Made by a program: the position numbers and the translations under genes. Shown here one piece after another: positions 8,882-16,530 of a DNA stretch of 25,265 nucleotides. Origin of the DNA: Thermoproteota archaeon (GTDB lineage: Archaea; Korarchaeota; Korarchaeia; Korarchaeales; Korarchaeaceae); the NCBI GenBank assembly GCA_027491395.1, contig JAOZFI010000044.1, forward strand, positions 1-25,265, given 5' to 3'. The notes under the pieces are model-generated. The model was given only the letters and a program-made list of their open reading frames with translations, did no database searches and had not been told where the DNA came from. Every line of letters begins with the position of its first letter. Position 1 is the first letter of the stretch.

Positions 8882-8927
8882 AAGCCCTACCTCCTCTCTC
8901 GCTATGGGATGACCTGCCCGAGGTATC

Positions 8928-8935
8928 TTAAATAA
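8928..8935 (-). promoter_or_regulatory. TATA box candidate for the tpsP-kinase operon
   Basis: TTATTTAA on the minus strand about 47 nt upstream of the TTG start, in otherwise GC-rich DNA. Confidence 0.55.
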
Positions 8936-9125
8936 TATCCCTTAGCCAGTCGAGGACGTATTCTCATCTCATTTATTCCCCTCATTTCCCCACTTACGCC
9001 CCTCTCGATGATCTCCGGGAGGGGTTCATCTCCAACTGAGGAGGTGAAGCTAAAGCTCCAACCTCAAACCCCCGAGTTGATCTCATCTCAAATCCCTATG
9101 TCACACAGACACCCCGCCTCCCTGA

Positions 9126-11053
9126 TCAGGTCCTCGGGCATCCCCCCAACCTTTCCCTCATCTTCCCACTGGCCAGATCTTCCAGCCCGTCGAAAAGTTC
9201 ATCGTAGTAGTGGATCTCCACATCCTCGATCACGCCGCCACGATCGAGGACGGGCACCAGATTCCTCACGGAGAAGTGCTGGAGACCAACGTGGGCGGCA
9301 AGGTTCCTGAGGAGCGAAGAGACCTCCTCCGGGCTGACCGCGTCGCTCCCCCTCATCAACTTCTCCGCCGAGAGGAAGTTCCTGACCCACCAATCGTCCC
9401 TGCACGAAGATTTCTCCATCAAATTTACCGCCTCACTCCTGAAGATTTCCCATTTCAGGCTCTCCGCATGGAGATCTACCAAGGTTGGGTTCCTGTCGAT
9501 GTTACTCGTCCCCCTGTAAGCGTCCCTCACGACGCTCGGGCACCTCCTGCCCAGGGCCGCGAACGGGTAAACATCACGAACAGAGGCGACAGATCCTCTG
9601 ACCCTCTTCTTAACCATTTCACAGGTCATTTCCTCGATGTACGACTTCATGTAGCCCAGGGCCGTGCCTCCCGGCGCCTCCCTCACCATGCGGTTTACGC
9701 TCCTGGAGTTACCGTGCTCATCTACCATGGCGAGTTCTTTGGTGATCAGGATCTCGTTGGGGTGCATGCCCAGCGAGCGGTAGAGGGACCTAACCTCTAG
9801 GGCGAACCTCAAGGACGCGTGATCCCCCTTAAGGTGGGGCATTAGCCCATCGATCCCTAACTTGAGGGCGAATGATCTTATGGAATCCGCCAGGGGATAG
9901 GACAGGGGCGGGTCAAGCTCGTATTCTATCACGATCTCATCTGCATCCTCGGCGAAGGTGTCCGGATTCAGCCTCAGGTGCTCCACGTAGTCCCCTCCCT
10001 CCATCCTTTCCCCGAGGTATTCGAGTATCTCATGGATCGAGGGAAGGGACTCGCTGAAGCTCCTCAGGACGTGATGCAGGTAGGTCAGCATCGTGGTATC
10101 GAGTGCGCAAGAGACCTTTCTGAGCCTGATCAGGGATCTCAGGAGCTCCTTACCCTTCTTTAGGTCTCCGTATCGGTCGAACTCCCTCCTCACCACCTCC
10201 CTCCATATCTCCGCTATCATGTCGGGGCTCAGCCGGCTGTGGGCCAGCAACTTCGATATCGTGACAACAAGCCTGTGAATCACGTGAGTCTCCCTGACGT
10301 CCATGAACTCCACCGGAAGCTCGACGGTACGATCTCCTGCTCTTGGTAACCCCTCCTGCTGCGGATCGGGGCTTGGGCGTGTTCTTTCGGAGGATCTCCC
10401 CGGTGGGACGAGCACGGGCATTGAGGTCAGGGGGATCAGATCCACCTGGTTCACCTCAGCGTACGCCAGTACCCCCATGTAGGCCATCACGGTCAGGTGA
10501 TTCCACCCCTGACTCAGATCGAAGACCACCCTCTCTACATCTCCAAGTTCCCTCAGAGATCGGTAAACCTCGGCGAATATGTGGGAGGGCCCTCCCCCCT
10601 CAAATTTGAGTCTCACGCCAGCCCCATCCTCCAGGGGCAGGGTGAAGGTGCCCCTGACTTGGACCACCCTAGCCAAGATAGGAGAATCGTTGAACAGGCC
10701 TCTTAAGTCCTCCGGTAACCCTTCATTGTCCTCCACGTCCTTAACGAGTAGCCCCGGGAATTCTCCCGCGAGCCTCCGAGTCGCGGCCAGGACCCAATCC
10801 TCGACCCCTCTCCCCGCCTTGGAAGCCTCCAGAACTCCCTGGCGTGGGTTATGAGGGAGTGGGGGAGAAGAACGATCACCCTGAGCTTGCTCAGTTCGAC
10901 CTTCCCCCTGCCCAGCGCCTCGATGAAGACGGGCAGCACCGTGGATGAAGCCCTCAACCGGACGGGATTTCCCCTCGGCGATCTCACCTCGTAGAGTTTC
11001 CTTGATCCCCTCAGTAGGGTGTCCCCGGCCACGTGAACCAGGACGTGAGACAT
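9126..11053 (-). pseudogene. csx1: Csx1-like CARF-HEPN cOA-activated ribonuclease, split by a one-base frameshift
   Basis: ORF 10703..11059 supplies the CARF start (VLVHVAGD...VIVLLPHSL). ORF 9126..10736 supplies VRGTF, VVFDLSQGWN (DxTHG-motif variant) and the HEPN motif RNLAAH. The downstream frame is open upstream of 10736; adding one base near 10837..10839 joins the two into about 642 aa. Confidence 0.8.
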
Positions 11054-11063
11054 GGGCAACGCC

Positions 11064-11660
11064 TCAGTACCTAACGACGGGCTTCACCTCGGCGTAACCG
11101 GATTCCCTCACCAGGTGCAGCGGGTAGAACTTGGCAGTGGTTCCCACGAGCTGACCTATCTGAAATCCCAAGATCACGGGCGCCGAGAGGACGAATCTCT
11201 TCTTGGCGGAGGGGTGAAGGTTGTTTATCAATTCCAGAAACTTCGCCGAGCTGAAAGCTACGAGGGGGAACTCCTCCACTCTCAGACCACCCTGATCAGG
11301 GACGTACTTGTAGATGTAGTCGGGATCCCTGCCGAACTGCCTCCTGTACATGACTTCAGGGTTCCTCCCTATCAAGTCGATGGAAGCGCTCACCTCCTTC
11401 CTCCTCTCCACTCCATCTATGACCTCCATCATCGGACTTGGATCTCCACTCTCAACGTAGGATATGAAAGCGTCCACCAGCTTCGACCCGATCGCGCCAC
11501 CGATGAGGGACTTCATCCTGTCCTCCTGATCGCTGGGTATATCTACCCTATCCTTCGAGCTCCTCCTAGACAGGTAGCCCTTCAGTTCCTTCCCGAGTCT
11601 CACGACCTCCACCGAGTCCACCAGCAAACCTACCACCGTGGTTACGAGTCCTACGGACAA
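11064..11660 (-). CDS. Small SAVED-like domain protein with an N-terminal hydrophobic/helical region
   Basis: C-terminal FVLSAPVILGFQIGQLVG...FYPLHL...GY matches the SAVED C-terminal pattern hFhxxPhxhxFxhG...hhH...Y. Probable start is TTG 11660 (GGAGCGGTGAT RBS, TTAAAT box near 11693..11698), giving 198 aa. Ends 10 nt before the csx1 ATG. Confidence 0.7.
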   Translation of the reverse strand: MSVGLVTTVVGLLVDSVEVVRLGKELKGYLSRRSSKDRVDIPSDQEDRMKSLIGGAIGSKLVDAFISYVESGDPSPMMEVIDGVERRKEVSASIDLIGRNPEVMYRRQFGRDPDYIYKYVPDQGGLRVEEFPLVAFSSAKFLELINNLHPSAKKRFVLSAPVILGFQIGQLVGTTAKFYPLHLVRESGYAEVKPVVRY

Positions 11661-11900
11661 TACATCACCGCTCCTGGCCGGGGGTGACCAACATTTAACC
11701 CTACTTCTTGGGAATTTCAAGAGATTGCATGCTTTTGAAGGGATGGAGTTGTTGCCCGGAGGCGTATCCCGTGGAATTCTAGGTTACAGGGGATGAGACA
11801 TAACGTTCTAAGGGGCGGTAAGTCTTGTGGGGAGTCACCTGAAAGCGGGAGCGGGTTCTAGGGGCTCATCCATCCGGGATGAGGCACGGTTCGGTACCGT

Positions 11901-14429
11901 TCATCCCCCCTTCATGCAATCCCATGGATCTGCCAGCCCCTCACCCGGGAAGTAGGCCCCGTAACTCTCCCCTGATCCATCTCCCCTGTCATAGAACATC
12001 CAAATACCGACATAAGCCGTTCTGATCGACCTCAGCAGGGGGCATATCCCCTCCAGCCAATCCACCGCACTGCCCGCCTCATAACCTGTGATTACCACCT
12101 GACGCCCCAGCCTCCCCGAGTACTTCTCTATCTCCTCCCCACTGTACAGTTCGGTGACCACGAAGAACCCCGGCTCGGCGGTCGCCAGCCCGTCTAATAC
12201 CGAAGCATACTCCTCGTCGAGCCAGACGGCATACCTCTCCTTCAGATCTTCGAGCAGGTTGTGATAGAAGTGGAGTATTTCCCTGTAATCCTGCCTCCCC
12301 TCCCAGCCGTACCACACGGCCACCTTCCACGTCGAATCGAGGGAAGAGAGGTAATCCATTAGCTCAATCACCAGCCCGTTCATTTTGGTCCCCGACCTCA
12401 GGTAGCTCTCCTCGACCCCGTACTTCCCCTTCGGGAAAATGCCCCAGAGGACTCGCAGGGAGTGCTCGCTGGCAATATCGCTGATGACCTTGAGGTTGTG
12501 CAGAAACAGCTTTGTGTCATCAGCCGGGAGGATCACGATGACGGTGTCGTAATACTCGCTTATCACGGAGAAATCTCTCTCGATCATGTCCCTGTAATCG
12601 GACAAATTGGCGTGGACGTAGAAATAGATCCTGTCCCCGTACCTCCTCTCCCAAACGTCGGTGCATGCTCCAGAGGGGAGGATGTATACCATTCCCCTCA
12701 ACTCCCTCTGCCTCCTTTCGTGTTCCCCTACAGCCTCAAGGACGGCATCCAGGTACCCCATCCCATTCTTCTCGGAGGGCTCTACGGAATTGCAGCTGCC
12801 CCAATCGTTGAAAGATGATATTAAGACCACCTTCCTGGGCCGGGAATATTGAAGGGCCATCACGAGCCGCTCCTTGAACGCCTCAATTTTAGAACGAACC
12901 TTCTCCCCGTCCGCCGTCCCGTTGTTAGGAGGCGGCGCTACCAAAGGGATGAAACCGATCCCAAGGTCCATCATATACGCACGCTGCTCGCGGTAGCCTA
13001 GACCATGATCCCCCTCCGCTCCTGTGACTTCGGGCGTACCGCCCAGAGCTATCGCGTCGAAATACCTCAATCGCGCCATCTCAGATCTATCCCGTAGGCG
13101 ATCTAGGGTGCCCACGAGGTAGAGGCCGTATTCCTCCTTGTACTTTGATAGGGCCTCTAGAATGCTTTCAGGCAGCTCCCCCACATGCATCCCTAGTACG
13201 GGTTTACCCTCTATCCTCAGGTAGCGGGGATCGTTGAAATACGTCTCATTCAGGTAGTCGATGGAGTCCCTCAGCACCCGCCCAGCCTCCGCGGGATTCA
13301 GGTCCCCCAGCCCGTCAGCTTCATAGAGCACAGCAAACCTCATGCTGTCCGCCAGAGGGCTCCTCATTATGTGGCCCTTCAGGGTCGAGTCCTCGTAGCT
13401 GCAGGGACCCCGCCAGCTTACTAGGAAGAAGTCCACACCATGCCCCGTCGCCCAGTCAATGTGTCTGGAGATGACCACATCGTCCCTCGGGTCGTACACA
13501 CCTAGGAGGGGCGAATCCTCGCACCCCCTCAACCCTCCGCCATGGTCGTACTTGGGGTAGTAAATCGCGCCCACTAGCGATCCGTCTCGCCCCGCGACGT
13601 CCTCGTACTCCCTGATGTAGGGTGTCTTGATCGTGGTCACCTGCCTGTTTCCGGCCTCGTCCTCGACCTCCACCCTGATCTCGTACTCCCTGCCGCCCCT
13701 GAAATCGGTTATGGCTACGTGGAACTCCTCCACCCGATCTCCATACCCGCCATCGGAGGGCCTCGGGTATAGGGTCCTGACGTCCTCATGGGGGAAAGCC
13801 CCATCCGGTATGCCCTCGTACCTCAGAGGGATCCATTCGACTGTTGCAGAGGCTATTGGAGTTTCAGAATCCACAGCTTGGAAGGAGAGCCTCAGCCCGT
13901 AAATCTTCCCGTTGACGACCCGACTTGGGATCAAGCTCAATTCCCTGATCGATGGAGGCTCGGGATTGACGTACCTGTCGTCTAGGAGGGAGAGCTCACC
14001 CTCATCAACTCTCCCATCGGAGACCACCTCGTCCAGCGTCCTGATGAGGCCATCTTTCAACTCGCTGGGTGGAAGAGAGGCTATTAAGTCCACCAGCTTT
14101 TTATCTTCGGGATCCAACCGGCCATCCGCTCCAAGAGGTCTCAAGTGGTCTGAGATCCCTCCAGCGCCTCTCTTCTCCGCATACTCCACGACGGGATCCG
14201 AGCTCGGCTGAGATGATGGCCGAGATGCAACGGGCGCCTTATGAGCGGTCGCCGAGGTAGTTGTGGAATTTACCGAGCCCTCTATTCCATTTCGGACTGT
14301 TGCCGTACTGGAAGTGGCTTGAGACCCGGTCCGCCCCCGATCGATTAAGATGATGGAGGTGAGGATTAGGAGGGACAGGATAGCCAGGGTCAGAGAGAGC
14401 GCGAGCGAATTCCTCATGGGAGAGTTCAC
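11901..14429 (-). CDS. Membrane-anchored secreted protein with a GH99/GH71-like domain and a second C-terminal alpha/beta domain
   Basis: N-terminal TM helix and Ser/Thr linker, then GAIYYPKY...PLLGVYD...ISRHIDWATGHGVDFFLVSW...YLRIEGKPVL...ISSFNDW...VEP...YL. Start is GTG 14429 or ATG 14417. Confidence 0.75.
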   Translation of the reverse strand: MNSPMRNSLALSLTLAILSLLILTSIILIDRGRTGSQATSSTATVRNGIEGSVNSTTTSATAHKAPVASRPSSQPSSDPVVEYAEKRGAGGISDHLRPLGADGRLDPEDKKLVDLIASLPPSELKDGLIRTLDEVVSDGRVDEGELSLLDDRYVNPEPPSIRELSLIPSRVVNGKIYGLRLSFQAVDSETPIASATVEWIPLRYEGIPDGAFPHEDVRTLYPRPSDGGYGDRVEEFHVAITDFRGGREYEIRVEVEDEAGNRQVTTIKTPYIREYEDVAGRDGSLVGAIYYPKYDHGGGLRGCEDSPLLGVYDPRDDVVISRHIDWATGHGVDFFLVSWRGPCSYEDSTLKGHIMRSPLADSMRFAVLYEADGLGDLNPAEAGRVLRDSIDYLNETYFNDPRYLRIEGKPVLGMHVGELPESILEALSKYKEEYGLYLVGTLDRLRDRSEMARLRYFDAIALGGTPEVTGAEGDHGLGYREQRAYMMDLGIGFIPLVAPPPNNGTADGEKVRSKIEAFKERLVMALQYSRPRKVVLISSFNDWGSCNSVEPSEKNGMGYLDAVLEAVGEHERRQRELRGMVYILPSGACTDVWERRYGDRIYFYVHANLSDYRDMIERDFSVISEYYDTVIVILPADDTKLFLHNLKVISDIASEHSLRVLWGIFPKGKYGVEESYLRSGTKMNGLVIELMDYLSSLDSTWKVAVWYGWEGRQDYREILHFYHNLLEDLKERYAVWLDEEYASVLDGLATAEPGFFVVTELYSGEEIEKYSGRLGRQVVITGYEAGSAVDWLEGICPLLRSIRTAYVGIWMFYDRGDGSGESYGAYFPGEGLADPWDCMKGG

Positions 14430-14438
14430 ATGTTGGGA

Positions 14439-14476
14439 GATCCAAACCTAAAAACTGTTTGGATCGGGGGGGGGGG
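14439..14476. promoter_or_regulatory. 9-bp inverted repeat around a TATA-like spacer, followed by a G11 tract
   Basis: GATCCAAAC (14439..14447), spacer CTAAAAACT, GTTTGGATC (14457..14465), then 11 G (14466..14476), just upstream of the GH99-like gene. Confidence 0.6.
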
Positions 14477-14654
14477 AGATCCCGATGAGATCCGCGGGTC
14501 TTCGTGCCCCTATCTCCGGGCGACAAGGCCATGCCGCGCTTCCGAGGCCCGTTGGAGGGGAAAGATTTGGAACTGGAGTCCGCACTCACCTGGCTGGCCT
14601 GACTTCATCCCCAGGAACCCCGTTAATACACCCAGAATACCCCCGTAGCTCCCA

Positions 14655-15602
14655 TCACCAGACCACGTTGCTTATCCTCACCTTGGAGCTGGCCTCCTCC
14701 AGGGCCAGCCACTCGTCGAAGGTCATCCTCCAGTCAGCAGCCCCCACATTTTCCTCCACCTGCTCCGGGGTCTTCGCCCCGGGTATAACTACAATGGTGT
14801 CGCTGGCCATTATCAGCCAGTTCAGCGCGACCTGGCCGGGCGTCTTGCCATGCCTCTCCCCAACCTCCCTCAGCAATTTCACCACCTCGTACACCTGCCT
14901 GAAGTTGTCGGGGTGGAACAGGGCGCTGCCGGCCCTCACGTCCTTGAACTCGGGCAGGTTATCTGGCGTGTACTTTCCGGTGAGGGCTCCCTTCGCCAGG
15001 GGAGACCACGCCAGGATGCTCCACCCGTTCGCCTCCGCATAAGGTATTATCTCCTTCTCCGCATCCCTCTCCACCAGGTTGTACCTGACTTGGTTACTGA
15101 CCGGGTCCTCCGTCGACAAGCAAGCCCAGGCCGAGTCCATCAGTTCAACCGGAAAGTCGCTCAATCCTATATAGCGTATGACACCCTGATGCACCAGCTC
15201 CTCTAAAGCGCGCATGTACTCGCAGGTGGGGAAGTTGTTCCAGAGCGGAGGCCAGTGGACCTGCATCAGATCAATGTAGTCAGTCCCCAGCCTCTCTAGG
15301 CATCTCTTCGTCCCCTTGAATACGTCGTGCCTAGAAAGAAACTCCCCGGGTAGCTTAGTGGCAACAATGACATCCTCCCTCGCTCCCAGCTCCTTCAGCG
15401 CCCTCCCGAGGAAGGTCTCACTCATCCCCCTCCCGTAGACCGCTGCGGTGTCGAAGAGGTTTATCCCCACGTCAATGGCCTTCTCCACTATCTTCTTGGC
15501 ATCCTCATAGTTGGTCACGCCCCAGGACTCGCTGAATTGCCAAGTCCCCAGTCCTACAACGGAGACCTTCAGATCCGAAACACCCAGATACCTGAACTCC
15601 AT
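14655..15602 (-). CDS. Aldo/keto reductase
   Basis: GLGTWQF, FDTAAVYG, ATK, DYIDLMQVHWP, LAWSPLAKG and VIPGAKTPEQVEEN motifs. True start is likely ATG 15602 (MEFRYLG) with a GGGGTG RBS, not 15785. Confidence 0.95.
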   Translation of the reverse strand: MEFRYLGVSDLKVSVVGLGTWQFSESWGVTNYEDAKKIVEKAIDVGINLFDTAAVYGRGMSETFLGRALKELGAREDVIVATKLPGEFLSRHDVFKGTKRCLERLGTDYIDLMQVHWPPLWNNFPTCEYMRALEELVHQGVIRYIGLSDFPVELMDSAWACLSTEDPVSNQVRYNLVERDAEKEIIPYAEANGWSILAWSPLAKGALTGKYTPDNLPEFKDVRAGSALFHPDNFRQVYEVVKLLREVGERHGKTPGQVALNWLIMASDTIVVIPGAKTPEQVEENVGAADWRMTFDEWLALEEASSKVRISNVVW

Positions 15603-16207
15603 TGGTGCACCCCTTACTTCGGGGACGCCTTTCATATAATCATCTGCTGCACAGAGATCCCCATGGTCTCGGTCGACAATCAAATCTGGTGATGCCCCGG
15701 CGAAGCACCCCGCGTGAGGTTGAGCTGCTACAGCGACATCCACTTCAGCATGACCTCGTATGCGGATCCGGGTACACATTCTCACGTTTCCTGATGGGGG
15801 TGAGGCCGGGATTGTGTTCGACGTCAGAGGGAAGTTTATCTAACGCTGCCTAGCGATTAGCTGTTCAAGGGAGTTCGATCTGGATGAAAGGAGAGCCCGT
15901 CTCCTCCCCCGGTGGCGCTATGCCGTTCAGCCTCGTATCCATCTCCAAGAACGGGGGTCAGAACCATGCCTAGGGAGGTAGACTTGGTCACCGCGAGCTC
16001 GGGCGCGTGGAGGAGATCCCCCTGCGATAGGGATAGGAGGATCGACCGGGCGACAGCATGTGTTCTGCGGACGGGACGGTTAGGTTCACTTCATGGACAG
16101 GAGCGGGAGGAAGCTCCACTTCCTTAAGCACCCTGAACTCTTAGATACGACTGTGGAGCGTTTCCGCCCCCGAGGCTGTTCATCCACTTCTCACCTCCGC
16201 CTCACCG

Positions 16208-16239
16208 GTTGCGGGGGCCGTGACGCCCTGCATTGAAAG
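16208..16239 (+). repeat. Solitary 32-nt hairpin element resembling a CRISPR repeat
   Basis: GTTGCGGGGGCCGTGACGCCCTGCATTGAAAG begins with GTT, ends with ATTGAAAG and contains an internal stem. No second copy nearby. Confidence 0.2.
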
Positions 16240-16530
16240 ATTCTACCGGTCCTGCTCGCTTAGGTCGGCAGCGACGGAAATGAACCGAAAATTTTATAAG
16301 TTCGCCCCCGGAGCGACGGGTGGGCCTTGGCCGCACATCCCCTAGAATAAATGATACGCATGTAGAATGCCACATGAGTATCGTATATGGATTTGAGATA
16401 TGATATGGGGAATGGAGGCCCATAGGCCGATGCGATGTGGGGGCGGCCAGGGCCCCTTCCTTCTCACTTCCGCCCCTTTAATGCCAGACTGCATTCTTGG
16501 AGGATGTCACTAACGTTAACCTTGGGAGTG

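Noticed and set aside
11052-11687. 211-aa plus-strand ORF and other long antisense ORFs (9210..9800, 22454..23311, 8312..8827)
   Set aside because: Shadow frames of well-supported genes on the opposite strand.
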